DNA from: an uncultured Actinomycetes bacterium
GTDB lineage: Bacteria; Actinomycetota; Thermoleophilia; UBA2241
Length of the DNA: 64,000 bases
NCBI GenBank assembly: GCA_963751565.1
Contig: CAVVVA010000003.1
Location: 7,836 to 71,835 of the forward strand
Direction: 5' to 3'
The translations under genes and the position numbers were made by a program. Below, piece by piece: positions 22,117 to 32,364 of the stretch (positions are counted from its first letter, which is position 1; every line of letters starts with the position of its first letter). Below the pieces are notes generated by a model. It did not search any database, was not told the origin of the DNA, and worked only from the letters and a program-made list of their open reading frames with translations.

Positions 22117-23190
22117 GTGATGACGGCCGACAGCGGGTTCCTGCGCGATCTGGTCACAGCATCGGGGCCGAGCGGGTTTGAGCAACCCGTGCAGGAGGTG
22201 GTGCGCGGGCGCGTCGCCGCCGTCGCTGCCCCCGACACCGACCTGCTCGGCAACGTCACCGCCACGGTCAACCCGGGTGGCGCGCCGCACGTCGTCGTGG
22301 CCGCTCACGCCGACCAGATCGGCCTGCAGGTGACCTGGGTCGACGAGCAGGGCTTCGTCTACTTCGACAAGCTGGGCAGCGTCGATCCGCTGCTGCTGCC
22401 GGGCCGCGCGGTCGTCGTCCAGGGGCGCCTGGGCGCCGTCGACGGCGTCGTCGGCAAGCGGCCGACCCATCTGATCCCCGAAGCCGAACGCGGCAAGGCC
22501 GCCGACGTCTGCGACCAGTGGATCGACATCGGTGCGCCCGACCGCGCCGCCGCCCTCGCGCGCGTCGCCTGTGGCGACCCGGTCATCTTCAGCCCGCACT
22601 TCGTCGAGCTCGGCGGCGGCATCGTCGCCGGCCGGGCGCTCGACGACCGCTGCGGCCTGTACATCGCCGTACGGGCGCTCGAGCTGTACGCCGCCGCGCC
22701 GGGAGCCGCGGCGCTCACGGCGCTCTCGACCGTGCAGGAGGAGACGCGCTACATGGGAGCGCAGGTCCAGGCCCGCCGACTGCAGCCCGACTGCATGATC
22801 GTGGTCGACGCCGACTTCGCCACCGACCAGCCCGAAGTCGAACCACGGCGGGCCGGCGGGGCGGTCGTCCTGGGCGGCGGCCCGGCGCTCGGCCGCGGCG
22901 GCGGCAGCAACCCCGGACTGATGGCCGTGTTCGAAGAGGTGGCGGCCGCCGAGGGCATCGCCGTGCAGATCAAGGCCTTTCCCGGCGACACGCAGACCGA
23001 CAACGAGTTCCTCCAGACCGCCGGCGGCGGCACGGCCGCCCTCAACGTCGGCGTGCCGGTGCGCTACATGCACTCGCCCCACGAGGTCGCGCACCTCGAC
23101 GACCTCGAGGCGTCGGCCCTTCTCGTGGCGGCCGTCGCGCGCCGCCTCGGCGAGGTGTTCAAGCCGGGTTGCTTCACGCCGCGGGTCTGA
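22117..23190 (+). CDS. M42 family metallopeptidase (TET-like aminopeptidase)
   Basis: GPSGFE, AHADQIG, IDIGA, ALDDRCG, VQEE, RYMHSP.E. GAGGAGG before the start. Confidence 0.9.
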   Translation: MMTADSGFLRDLVTASGPSGFEQPVQEVVRGRVAAVAAPDTDLLGNVTATVNPGGAPHVVVAAHADQIGLQVTWVDEQGFVYFDKLGSVDPLLLPGRAVVVQGRLGAVDGVVGKRPTHLIPEAERGKAADVCDQWIDIGAPDRAAALARVACGDPVIFSPHFVELGGGIVAGRALDDRCGLYIAVRALELYAAAPGAAALTALSTVQEETRYMGAQVQARRLQPDCMIVVDADFATDQPEVEPRRAGGAVVLGGGPALGRGGGSNPGLMAVFEEVAAAEGIAVQIKAFPGDTQTDNEFLQTAGGGTAALNVGVPVRYMHSPHEVAHLDDLEASALLVAAVARRLGEVFKPGCFTPRV

Positions 23191-23242
23191 GCCGCGCCGC
23201 GACGGTCGCCGTCGTTCAGGCGTCTCGAGCGGGGGGAGAGCC

Positions 23243-24061
23243 GTGAAGCTGTTCGTGAGCATCGACCTCGAAGGCTGCACCGGGGTCGTCGCCGAGGATC
23301 AGATCGAATCCGGCCGTCCGGCCTACGAGGGCGCTCGCCGGCTCATGCAGGGCGACCTCGACGCCGTGATCGAGGGCTGCCTTGCCGGCGGAGCCGACGA
23401 GATCGTCGTCTGCGACGGCCACGATCGCGGCGCCAACCTGTCCCCGGCGCAGCTGCCGCCCACCGTGCGCCTCGTGGGCGGCTCGCCGCGCCCCCTGGGC
23501 ATGATGGCCGGCATCGATGAGAGCTTCGACGCGGCCCTGCTGGTCGGCTATCACGCCCGCGCCGGCACGACCGCAGGGGTGCTCGACCACACCTACGCCT
23601 ACAAGGTCTTTCGCGTACGGGTCGACGACATGATCGAGGCCGGCGAGCTCGCTCTGAACGCCGCCGTGGCCGGCTGCTTCGGCGTGCCGGTGGTGTTCGT
23701 CTCCGGCGACGAAGCCACGGTCGCCGAGGCGCGCGAGGTGCTGCCGGCGGTCACGGGGGTGGCCGTCAAGGTGGGCCGCACCCGAACGAGCGCCCAGCTG
23801 CTCGCTCCCGAGGCGACCAGGATCCTGCTGCGCGACGGGGCGCAGCGAGCGCTGCGGGCCGCGCAGCGGCCCGCAGCGCTCGCCTGGAACGAACGCTCCC
23901 TGCGCGTGGTGTTCACGCGCAGCGACTACTGCGACGCGGCCGCGGCCTGCCCCGGAGTCGAGCGCGTCGACGCGCGCACGATCCGCATCGAGAGCCCTGG
24001 GTTCCTCGACACGTTCGCCACGTTTCTTGCGGCGCTGCGCCTCGCGGCCACGGTGGACTGA
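23243..24061 (+). CDS. M55 family D-aminopeptidase (DppA-like)
   Basis: SIDLEG, DGH, MMAG, GYHARAG, LDHT, GE..LN, SGD motifs. Confidence 0.92.
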   Translation: MKLFVSIDLEGCTGVVAEDQIESGRPAYEGARRLMQGDLDAVIEGCLAGGADEIVVCDGHDRGANLSPAQLPPTVRLVGGSPRPLGMMAGIDESFDAALLVGYHARAGTTAGVLDHTYAYKVFRVRVDDMIEAGELALNAAVAGCFGVPVVFVSGDEATVAEAREVLPAVTGVAVKVGRTRTSAQLLAPEATRILLRDGAQRALRAAQRPAALAWNERSLRVVFTRSDYCDAAAACPGVERVDARTIRIESPGFLDTFATFLAALRLAATVD

Positions 24062-24197
24062 CCGGCCTGGCCTGCGCGCCGCGTGCCCGGCCTGTGCGCC
24101 GCGCACCGCGGACCCGGGTCCGGGCCGTGCGCCGCGCACCGCAGGCCCGGCCAATCTTGAAGGGACGGCGCCGGGTGTGGTGTACTGTGAGCCCGGT

Positions 24198-24273
24198 GCG
24201 GATGTAGCGTAGCTGGTAACGCGTCAGCTTCCCAAGCTGAAGACCGCGGGTTCGAGTCCCGTCATCCGCTCCA
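24198..24273 (+). tRNA. tRNA-Gly (anticodon CCC)
   Basis: Acceptor GCGGATG/CATCCGC, anticodon arm TCAGC-TTCCCAA-GCTGA, T loop GGTTCGAGTCCC, encoded CCA; 76 nt. Confidence 0.97.
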
Positions 24274-24378
24274 CTCCACCCGGGCGGTCCGCCTTCTCGC
24301 ACACCTGGTCGTCGACGACGCGCGACCGATCCGCGCCGCACACCGTCGCGGCGGCCGGGCGAAGCCCGCCGCGCGACG

Positions 24379-25974
24379 CTAGGGCAACAGGATGGCGCCG
24401 AGCTGCAGGCGCTTGATGAGCAGCGCTCCGGCGGTGTTGACCACGAGCAGCGCCGCGCCGGCCAGACCGAGCGGGCCGCCGTGACCCGGCGCCTGCCGCG
24501 CGCCGCTGGTGATGCCGGCCTGCAGGGCGGCGAAGCCGTCGGCCGCCTGCTGCACGGCCGCGTCGATGGCCGGGTCGTCGGCGGAGGGCGACGGCGACGG
24601 CGACGCGCTGGCGACCTGCTGTTCGCTCGGGCTCGTGGTCACCAGGTGGCCGGCCGCTCGCCAGGCGTCGAGGTAGGCGGTGGGATCGACGGCCGGGCCG
24701 CCGTCGGGGTGGATCTCGAAATGCAGGTGCGGTGGCGTCCCCTTGGCGTCACCGGTGTCGCCCACGTAGCCGATCGTCTGTCCGGCGACCACGAGCCGGC
24801 CTTGGGCGAGCCCCGTGGCAAAACGCGACAGGTGGGCGTAGTAGAAGTAGTCGCCGCGGCTCGTCGTCAGGTGGATGTTGTTGCCGCCGATCGGCGTGGT
24901 GCTGACGCCGGTGATGGTGCCGTCCTGCACGGCCACGACCGGAGTGCCGTAGGCGGCGAAGATGTCGTCGCCCTGGTGGCCGCCCGGCGTGTCGGCCCGG
25001 TAGGCGCCGAAGGTGTCGGTGTAGGTGTAGGCGCCGACGACCGGGAACACGGCGCCGGGGAACCGGGCGAGGATCTCGGGCGACGGCGTAGCCGGCGCCG
25101 GCATCGTGGTGTAGCTCGTGGCCGGGTACGACGAGCCCGACGCCGTGGTCGGCGTCGGTCGCGGAGTGGGAGTGCTCGTGGGCCGGGGAGTGCTGGTCGC
25201 CGTGTGTGTCGGCGTCGGCCGGGGCGTGGGCGTGGGGGTCGCCGTGTGGGTCGGCGTCGGGGTCGGCGTCGGGGTCGGCGTGGGAAGGAGTGCGTCGAGG
25301 GTCGCCTGGTCGGCGCGCACCGCAAGCGAGCCGACGACGATCGTGGCGCCGGCCGGCAGACCGTCGGTGGCCGTGGTGAGGTCGAGCCGCAACCCGACGA
25401 GCTGAGCGCTCGCGGAGCCTCCGCCGGCCTCGGAGCTTTCGGCGAGGATCGTGAGCGTGCCCACGCCGGGGACCGCCACGCTGCCCTGGGGCGGGATCGA
25501 GGCGTCGTCGACGCCGGTGATGTGCAGGCCGGACACCGCGCTGTCGCCGAGGGTCGCCTGGGCGGCGCCGTCGAGAACGCTCGCGGTCGCGGTGAGGTGG
25601 ACGCTCGCGGCGGTCACCACGCCGTCGAGCAGCGTGACGCCGCTCGCGGTGACGTCGGCCTTGGAGACGAGCGTCCGGTCGACGACAAACGAGGAGCAGG
25701 TTGCCGTGCCGGCCGCGAGGCCAATTCCCGGGGGCAGCGAACCGGCCACGGCCGTGGCCGTGTTGTCGGTGGCGGCGGCGTTCACCGCCACCCCACCGCA
25801 GGTCTGGCTCGCGTCGACCGTGGCGATCGCCGCCTGGGCACCCGCATCCGAGGAGCCGGCCGTGGCGGGCGCTGCGGCGAATGCGCTCAGCAGCGCCGCC
25901 ACGGCGGCGACTGCGAGCGCTGCGCCACGCACGCGCCCGCGTGCTCGAACCGGCTGTCGCCTGGGACTGGCCAT
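24379..25974 (-). CDS. Secreted, membrane-anchored M23 peptidase with N-terminal beta-rich domain and Pro/Thr linker
   Basis: Signal peptide, (PT)n linker, HQGDDIFA, YYAHL, HLHFEIH, C-terminal TM. Confidence 0.9.
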   Translation of the reverse strand: MASPRRQPVRARGRVRGAALAVAAVAALLSAFAAAPATAGSSDAGAQAAIATVDASQTCGGVAVNAAATDNTATAVAGSLPPGIGLAAGTATCSSFVVDRTLVSKADVTASGVTLLDGVVTAASVHLTATASVLDGAAQATLGDSAVSGLHITGVDDASIPPQGSVAVPGVGTLTILAESSEAGGGSASAQLVGLRLDLTTATDGLPAGATIVVGSLAVRADQATLDALLPTPTPTPTPTPTHTATPTPTPRPTPTHTATSTPRPTSTPTPRPTPTTASGSSYPATSYTTMPAPATPSPEILARFPGAVFPVVGAYTYTDTFGAYRADTPGGHQGDDIFAAYGTPVVAVQDGTITGVSTTPIGGNNIHLTTSRGDYFYYAHLSRFATGLAQGRLVVAGQTIGYVGDTGDAKGTPPHLHFEIHPDGGPAVDPTAYLDAWRAAGHLVTTSPSEQQVASASPSPSPSADDPAIDAAVQQAADGFAALQAGITSGARQAPGHGGPLGLAGAALLVVNTAGALLIKRLQLGAILLP

Positions 25975-26159
25975 CGCTTGCGGTGAGTATAGCATCGCGG
26001 TAGGAGACGGCGGCGGCGAACCGAAGGTTCGCCGCCGCCGTCGGCGCGCCGCCGGCGGCCAACGGCAAGGTGGCTCTTGCGGGGCCCCCGGGCGCTGCTA
26101 CCATGTGAGCCGGGGGCGCCGTCCCCGAAGACTCCCATCCCGAGTCCGAGGTCCTTGCG

Positions 26160-26681
26160 TTGAACCGATCGACCGAAGCCATCCGCCGCGAGGCGGAGGG
26201 GCTGCTGAAAGCCGCCGGCGCGACGCGCGCGCCGATCTCGCTGCGCGACGTGGTGAGCTTTCTGAATCTCTCGCTGGTCGAGCGGCGCCGCGAGCCGTTC
26301 GGCTCCGAGGCGGCGCTCGTGCCCCTCGGAGACGGTCAGGCCATCGAGCTGCGCGGGGCGTCCGGCGAGCGGCGCCTGCGATTCACGATCGCCCACGAGA
26401 TCGGCCATTTTCTGCTCCATCAGGGCCGCGCCGTGACCGAGCGCGGCGGCGCGGTGAGCCAAGCGACGGCGAGGCTCGAACGCGAGGCCGACCAGTTCGC
26501 CGCCGAGCTCCTCATGCCCGAGCGCCTCGTGCGTCAGGCGGCGCTCGAAGACGGCGCCGACGCTCGTCGCCTGGCCGACCGCTTCGACGTGAGCGTCCAG
26601 GCGATGAGCCTGCGCCTGCGCCGTCTCGGACTGGCCGAGCGCGACGGCGACTTTCCACCGCCTTCGCGCGGCATCGGCTAG
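26160..26681 (+). CDS. ImmA/IrrE family metallo-endopeptidase
   Basis: RLRFTIAHEIGH (HExxH), EREADQFAAELLMP, LA..F.VS..A...RL. Confidence 0.9.
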   Translation: MNRSTEAIRREAEGLLKAAGATRAPISLRDVVSFLNLSLVERRREPFGSEAALVPLGDGQAIELRGASGERRLRFTIAHEIGHFLLHQGRAVTERGGAVSQATARLEREADQFAAELLMPERLVRQAALEDGADARRLADRFDVSVQAMSLRLRRLGLAERDGDFPPPSRGIG

Positions 26682-26864
26682 GCTCGTCGGCGGCCACCTC
26701 GCTCTGGGGTTCGCGGCGTAACGCGCCGGGGGCGCGAAGGCGCAGGTGCGCGCCGCGGGCGCGGTGGGAACACAAGGTGTGCCGCGAGCGTAGGCGCCGC
26801 GGCCGCGGCTGACGCGGGTGCCCGCGATGTGATGTACTACGGAGCCGTCGACCCGGAGGCGCGC

Positions 26865-28112
26865 GTGCGCGACGTCAACGTCGGCCACAAGTTCCTGGCC
26901 GACTACCAGAGCATCATCTTGAAGGAGCTCCTGGCCGAGATCAGGGAGCTCGCGGCGCCGCTCCAGGGCAGGCGCGTCCTGCACGTCAACGCCACGTCGT
27001 TCGGCGGGGGGGTCGCCGAGATCCTCTACACCCTGCTGCCCCTGATGAACGACGTGGGCCTGCGGGCCGAGTGGCAGGTCATGACGGCCGACAACGAGTT
27101 CTTCAACGTTACCAAGAGCTTTCACAACGGCCTGCAGGGGGCGGCGGTCGAGCTGACCGACGAGGTCCGCTCGCTCTACGAAGACGTCAACCGCCGCAAC
27201 GCCGCGCATCTGACGCGCCACTACGACTTCGTCGTGGTCCACGATCCGCAGCCGTGCGCCCTGCGGGCCTGGGCGGCCGCCGACGGCGCCGGCGAGACGC
27301 ACTGGATCTGGCGCTGCCACATCGACACCTCGACGCCCGACCGGACGCTCTACGACTACCTGCTGCCGTTCATCCGCCGCTACGACCGGGCGATCTACAC
27401 GATGGCCGCCTACGCTCCCGACGGCCTGGGCATTCCGCTCGAGGTCGTGCCTCCGGCCATCGACCCGCTGGCCCCCAAGAACATGACACTGGTGCCCGAC
27501 GACGCCCACTACATCGTGCGCCAGTTCGGCATCGACGTGGACCGTCCGCTGCTGCTGCAGGTCTCGCGCTTCGATCCGTGGAAGGACCCGCTGGGCGTGG
27601 TCGACGCCTACCGGCGGGTCAAGGCGAGCTGGCCCGACGTGCAGCTCGCGCTGATCGGCTCGATGGCCTCCGACGACCCCGAGGGCTGGGACTACCTCGA
27701 CAAGCTTCACGCCTACGTCGCCGGCGACCCCGACGTGTACGTGCTCTCCAACCTCGACAACATCGGCAGCGTCGAGGTCAACGCCTTCCAGTCGCACGCC
27801 GCCGTCGTGCTGCAGAAGTCGATCCGCGAGGGCTTCGGTCTCACCGTCAGCGAGGGACTCTGGAAAGCGCGGCCGGTGGTCGGGGGAGCCGTGGGCGGCA
27901 TTCCCCTGCAGATCGAGGACGGCGTCACGGGCTTTCTCGTCGATTCGAGCGCGGCCTGCGCCGACCGGTGTCTCGAGATCCTCGACCGGCCCGAACGGGC
28001 GCAGGCGATGGCGCGCAAGGGCAAGGAGCACGTGCGCGAGCACTTTCTGACGCCGCGCCTGCTGCGCGACTACCTGCGCATCTTCAACGAGCTGCTGGCC
28101 GACCGCGCCTAG
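26865..28112 (+). CDS. treT: Trehalose glycosyltransferring synthase (TreT-like, GT4)
   Basis: HVNAT..GGGVAEIL, HDPQP, WRCHID, QVSRFDPWKDP, QKSIREGFGLTVSE.LWK. GGAGG before GTG 26865. Confidence 0.88.
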   Translation: MRDVNVGHKFLADYQSIILKELLAEIRELAAPLQGRRVLHVNATSFGGGVAEILYTLLPLMNDVGLRAEWQVMTADNEFFNVTKSFHNGLQGAAVELTDEVRSLYEDVNRRNAAHLTRHYDFVVVHDPQPCALRAWAAADGAGETHWIWRCHIDTSTPDRTLYDYLLPFIRRYDRAIYTMAAYAPDGLGIPLEVVPPAIDPLAPKNMTLVPDDAHYIVRQFGIDVDRPLLLQVSRFDPWKDPLGVVDAYRRVKASWPDVQLALIGSMASDDPEGWDYLDKLHAYVAGDPDVYVLSNLDNIGSVEVNAFQSHAAVVLQKSIREGFGLTVSEGLWKARPVVGGAVGGIPLQIEDGVTGFLVDSSAACADRCLEILDRPERAQAMARKGKEHVREHFLTPRLLRDYLRIFNELLADRA

Positions 28113-28171
28113 CGCGGCGCTCGGCCTCGAGTCACACGGCGCCGGCTCGAGACCGGCGAAAGGGGAGGGTT

Positions 28172-29662
28172 ATGAACTCGGCAGAGGCAGCGCCTGAACG
28201 CCCCGACCTGATCGTGGCCGCCAACCGCGGTCCCGTGTCGTTTCACAGCGACCCGTCCGGCGAGCCGGCGGTCACGCGCGGCGCCGGCGGCCTGGTGACC
28301 GTGCTCAGCGCCATGCTGCGGCGCCGTCCGGGTGTGTGGATCGCGGCGGCGGCGAGCGACGAAGAAGAGAAGCTCGCCGCCGCCGCGAAGTCGCTGCGCG
28401 TCGATCTGGACGGCGAGACCTACCAGGTGCGCTACGTCGCTCCCGAGCGCGAAGCCTACCGCCTCTTCTACACCATCGCCGCCAACCCCATGCTCTGGTT
28501 CATCCAGCACTACCTCTGGGACCTCGCCCGTCACCCCGACATCCGCCAGAACGAGCTCGACGCCTGGCGCAACGGCTATCTGCCGGTCAACCGGCTGTTC
28601 GGCGAAGCGATCCTCGACGAGCTGGGCGACGACGGCGAAGGCCGGGTGGTGATCGTCCACGACTACCACCTGTACGCCGTCGCCCCGGTCGTGCGCGCCG
28701 GGGCGCCGCGGGCGTTCCTGCAGCAGTTCGTGCACATCCCCTGGGCCCAGTCCGACTACTGGCGGGTGCTGCCCCGCGACATCCGCGAGCAGATCTTCCG
28801 CAGCCTGCTGGCCAACGACGTGGTCGCCTTTCACACCCAGCACTACGTCGACAACTTCCTGCAGGGCTGCGTCGACGTGCTCGACGCCGCCATCGACTCC
28901 GACGAGAAGGCGGTGCTCGTGGGCGACAGGACGGTATGGGTGCGCGCCTATCCCGTCTCGATCGACCCCGAGGTGCTCGACCGCGCCATGCGCTCGGCGC
29001 GGGTGGCGACAGCCGAGGCCGAGCTGCTCGAACGGCGCCGCGAGTACCTGCTGGTGCGCGTCGACCGGCTCGACCTGTCGAAGAACATCCTGCGCGGCTT
29101 TCTGGCCTTCGACCGCTTCCTCGAGCTGCATCCCGAGTTCAAGGGCCACATCACCTTCCTGGCCCGCCTGCAGCCCTCGCGCGAGGACGTCGAGGAGTAT
29201 GTCGACTACCGCGAGCGCGTCATGCACCTCGTGGCCGAGATCAACACGCGCCACGGCAACACCGACTGGATGCCGATCGACGTGCGCATCGAAGACAACT
29301 TCCCGGCCACCCTGGCGGCCTACCGGCACTACGACGCGCTCATGGTCAACGCGATCTTCGACGGCATGAACCTGGTCGCCAAGGAAGGGGCGCTGGTCAA
29401 CACCGCGGACGGCGTGCTGATCCTCTCCGAGAACACCGGCGCCTTCGAGGAGATCGGCCGGCTGGCGGTGTCGGTCAACCCGTTCGACATCGAAGAGCAG
29501 GCCGACGCCATCTACCGGGCGCTCACCATGCCCAAGGCCGAGAAGGCGGCGCGCGCCGGGGCCATCCGCGACGTGATCCTGGGCAACAGCGTCGAAAAGT
29601 GGGTGGCCGCGCAGTGGCGCGACATCGAGCGCAAGCGCACGCTCGAGGCGGGTCCCGGCTGA
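28172..29662 (+). CDS. otsA: Trehalose-6-phosphate synthase (GT20)
   Basis: ANRGP, AGGLV, HDYHL, HIPW, VDRLDLSKNI, DGMNLVAKE, LILSE.TGA. Confidence 0.92.
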   Translation: MNSAEAAPERPDLIVAANRGPVSFHSDPSGEPAVTRGAGGLVTVLSAMLRRRPGVWIAAAASDEEEKLAAAAKSLRVDLDGETYQVRYVAPEREAYRLFYTIAANPMLWFIQHYLWDLARHPDIRQNELDAWRNGYLPVNRLFGEAILDELGDDGEGRVVIVHDYHLYAVAPVVRAGAPRAFLQQFVHIPWAQSDYWRVLPRDIREQIFRSLLANDVVAFHTQHYVDNFLQGCVDVLDAAIDSDEKAVLVGDRTVWVRAYPVSIDPEVLDRAMRSARVATAEAELLERRREYLLVRVDRLDLSKNILRGFLAFDRFLELHPEFKGHITFLARLQPSREDVEEYVDYRERVMHLVAEINTRHGNTDWMPIDVRIEDNFPATLAAYRHYDALMVNAIFDGMNLVAKEGALVNTADGVLILSENTGAFEEIGRLAVSVNPFDIEEQADAIYRALTMPKAEKAARAGAIRDVILGNSVEKWVAAQWRDIERKRTLEAGPG

Positions 29663-29732
29663 GCCGCCGCGGGCCCGGCTTGAGCGCACGAGCCCGCCGG
29701 TCAGCGCGCCGGCCGGCGCATGAGTCCGCAGG

Positions 29733-30773
29733 TCAGCCCAGGAGCCCGCGGTAGAGAGCTTCGTAGCCGGCGGTCATCGCGGCCACGCTGAAGCGCTCCT
29801 CGACCGTGCGGCGGCAGGCGCTTGGGTCGATCTCGCCGAGGCGCGCCACCGCGGCCACCATCTGCTCCACGTCGTCGCAGACAAAGCCCGTCACGCCGTC
29901 GTCGACGACCTCGTCGACCGAGCCGTTGCGCAGCGCGATCACCGGCGTGCCGGTCGCCATCGCTTCGACCATCACCAGGCCGAACGGCTCGGGCCACAGG
30001 ATCGGAAAGAGAAAACCCCTGGCGTGGGCGAACAGCTCGCGCTTGTGCTCGTCTGAGACCTCCGCTTCGAAGACGACGCTGTCGCCGTCGATCTCGGGGA
30101 CGATGCGCTCCTCGAAGTAGTCGCGATACCAGTCCTGCACGACGCCGGCCATGACGAGCCGGTGTCCGCTGCGCCGGGCGACGTCGATGGCGAGGTGAAA
30201 GCCCTTGTCCTCGCACACCCGCCCGAAGGCCAGCAGGTAGTCGTCCTTGTCGGGAACGAGCGGCCAGCCCGCGACCGGCAGGGCGTTGTGGACCGTGCCG
30301 GCCCAGGCCATGCCGGGCGGCCCGAGGGTGCGCTGGAAGTCGCTGATCGAGGCGTAGGCGACGACCTCGCGGAACTGCTGGTAGAAGGGATAGGCGTGCG
30401 TGTCGAAGGCGCAGTGCACGGTGTGCAGCACGGGCGGCAGATCGAGGAACCGACGCAGAGCGACCAGCAGGAATCCCGAGTGGTCGTGGACGACGTCGAA
30501 GTCGCCGTCGGCCTGGATCTGCCCGACCGCATACGAGACGTGGCGGGCGTCGTAGGAGGTCATCGCCGAGGGCAGCGCCATCATCGCGGTCTGGGGCTCG
30601 GGAAACAACGCGCGCAGCTCGGCCGGCGTCTGGGAGTCGCCCGAGGCGAACAGCACGACCTCGTGCCCGGCCGCGGTCAGCCCGTCGCAGAGATGCTTGA
30701 CGACCCACTCGGTGCCGCCGTAGCCGGCCGGCGGCACGGTGATCCAGGGCGGGGCGATCTGGGCGATCTTCAT
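29733..30773 (-). CDS. GT4 family glycosyltransferase
   Basis: MKIAQIAP...VPP..YGGTE, GR...KG, W.EPFGLVMVEAMA.GTPVI. Confidence 0.92.
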   Translation of the reverse strand: MKIAQIAPPWITVPPAGYGGTEWVVKHLCDGLTAAGHEVVLFASGDSQTPAELRALFPEPQTAMMALPSAMTSYDARHVSYAVGQIQADGDFDVVHDHSGFLLVALRRFLDLPPVLHTVHCAFDTHAYPFYQQFREVVAYASISDFQRTLGPPGMAWAGTVHNALPVAGWPLVPDKDDYLLAFGRVCEDKGFHLAIDVARRSGHRLVMAGVVQDWYRDYFEERIVPEIDGDSVVFEAEVSDEHKRELFAHARGFLFPILWPEPFGLVMVEAMATGTPVIALRNGSVDEVVDDGVTGFVCDDVEQMVAAVARLGEIDPSACRRTVEERFSVAAMTAGYEALYRGLLG

Positions 30774-30872
30774 GGGCGGATTGTATCCGACGAACGGCAG
30801 CGGCGCGGCGCGTGCCGTCGCGATGCTAGGATGCGGCCTGTCGGATCACAAGTCCTCCGCGAAAGGCCGCGC

Positions 30873-32229
30873 ATGCGCTCTCACCCACCGTTGTCCGCGA
30901 CGCTCTACCTCGAGTGCGCGAGCGGGGTGAGCGGCGACATGCTGGCCGCGGCGCTGCTCGCGCTGTGCGCGCAGAGCGCCGCGAGCGGCGTCGCCGAGGA
31001 CGCGACGAGCCCCGCGCAAGACGCGACGAGCGCGCGACGCGAAGAGCGCCGCGGGAGACGCGACAGGCACGGAAGACGCGACCGGCGCCGCGGGAGACGC
31101 CGCCGAGCCGCTCGCCCGCGTCGTCGCGCCGGCGCTCGCGGCGGCCGGCATCGACCCGGCGGTCGCGCACGTCGAGACCGTCGTGCGCGGCGGCCTGTCG
31201 GCGCTGCGGTTCACCGTCGACGATCGACCCGGCTTCGAAACGTTCGCCGAGCTCATCGCCGCGGTGCGGCGCTCGGCGCTCGACGACGCCGTCGCAGACG
31301 GCGTCGTCGCCGTCGCCGAGCGCATGGCCGCGGCCGAACGCGCCGTCCACGGCGACGCCGGCGAGCACCTGCACGAGCTCGCGAGCCTCGACACCGCAGT
31401 CGATCTGATCGGTGTGCTCGCCCTGGTCGCCGAGCTGGCGCCGGCGCTCGTGGTCGCTTCGCCGCCGGCGCTGGGCGGCGGCACGGTCCACACGGCCCAC
31501 GGCGAGCTGGCCGTGCCGGCTCCCGCCGTGATCGAGCTGCTGCGCGGCCTGCCGACGGGCGGCAGCGGCGCCGTCTCTGAGGCCGGTGAGCTGACCACTC
31601 CCACCGGCGCCGCGCTGCTCGCCCACCTGGCCCAGGAGTTCGGGGCGCTGCCGGCCGGCCGGATGAGCGGGTCGGGGCTGGGCGCCGGCCGGCGCGAGCT
31701 CGCCGGCCGGCCCAACGTGCTGCGCGCTCTGCTGGTCGAGCCGCTCGACCGCTCGCCGGGTCACGACGCCGGCTTGTGGTCCGAAGACGACGTCGAGCTG
31801 CTCGAGACGACCATCGACGACCTGCCCGCCGAGCTGCTGGCCGAGGCCGCCGAACGGCTGCTCGCGGCCGGAGCCCTCGATGTGTGGTCGACCCCCGCGA
31901 CCATGAAGAAGAGCCGGCCGGGGACCGTGCTGCACGTGCTGGCGCGGCCCGCGGCGCGGGCCGCGCTCGCCGAGATCGTCTTCCGCGAGACCTCGACGTT
32001 CGGCCTGCGCGTGACGCCCGTGCGGCGCCTGCTGCTCGACGAGCGTCACGCCACCGTCGAGGTCGCCGGCGAAACGGTGCGTGTCCGCCTCGGGTATCTC
32101 GGTGAGCGGCTCGTCACCGCCTCGCCCGAGTACGAGGACTGCCGCCGGGCGGCGGCCCGCGCCGGACGGCCGGCGAAGGACCTCTACGACGAGGCGCGGG
32201 CCGCCGCCCGGCGTCTCGGCATCGACTGA
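30873..32229 (+). CDS. larC: LarC family nickel insertion protein, frameshifted within a low-complexity insert near 31030-31060
   Basis: YLECASGVSGDML N-terminus; AE..VHG, H.HE, HG.L.VPAPA, ELTTPTGAA, TIDD, MKKSRPG, ETSTFGLR, PEYED in the second frame. Confidence 0.85.
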
Positions 32230-32250
32230 GGGTGGGGTCGGCGCCCCGGT

Positions 32251-32279
32251 TTGCCCCCCAATTTCGGGCCTTGTAGAAT
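32251..32279 (+). promoter_or_regulatory. Housekeeping sigma promoter for the fhs cluster
   Basis: TTGCCC-N17-TAGAAT. Confidence 0.75.
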
Positions 32280-32364
32280 CTGTCACAAGAGGAATGGCCC
32301 CGCCCAGGGGTCGTGAGCCTCACATCCTGAACGCGTGGAACGTGGATCTACAGAGGAGGGCGCG

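Noticed and set aside
24198-26681. tRNA-Gly as the integration site of an island (M23 and ImmA nearby)
   Set aside because: No integrase, no duplicated tRNA 3' end and no visible compositional shift.
32280-32364. ZTP (pfl) or THF riboswitch upstream of fhs
   Set aside because: Only a short GGAACGTGG similarity; the P1 stem and the 3' pseudoknot hairpin could not be found.
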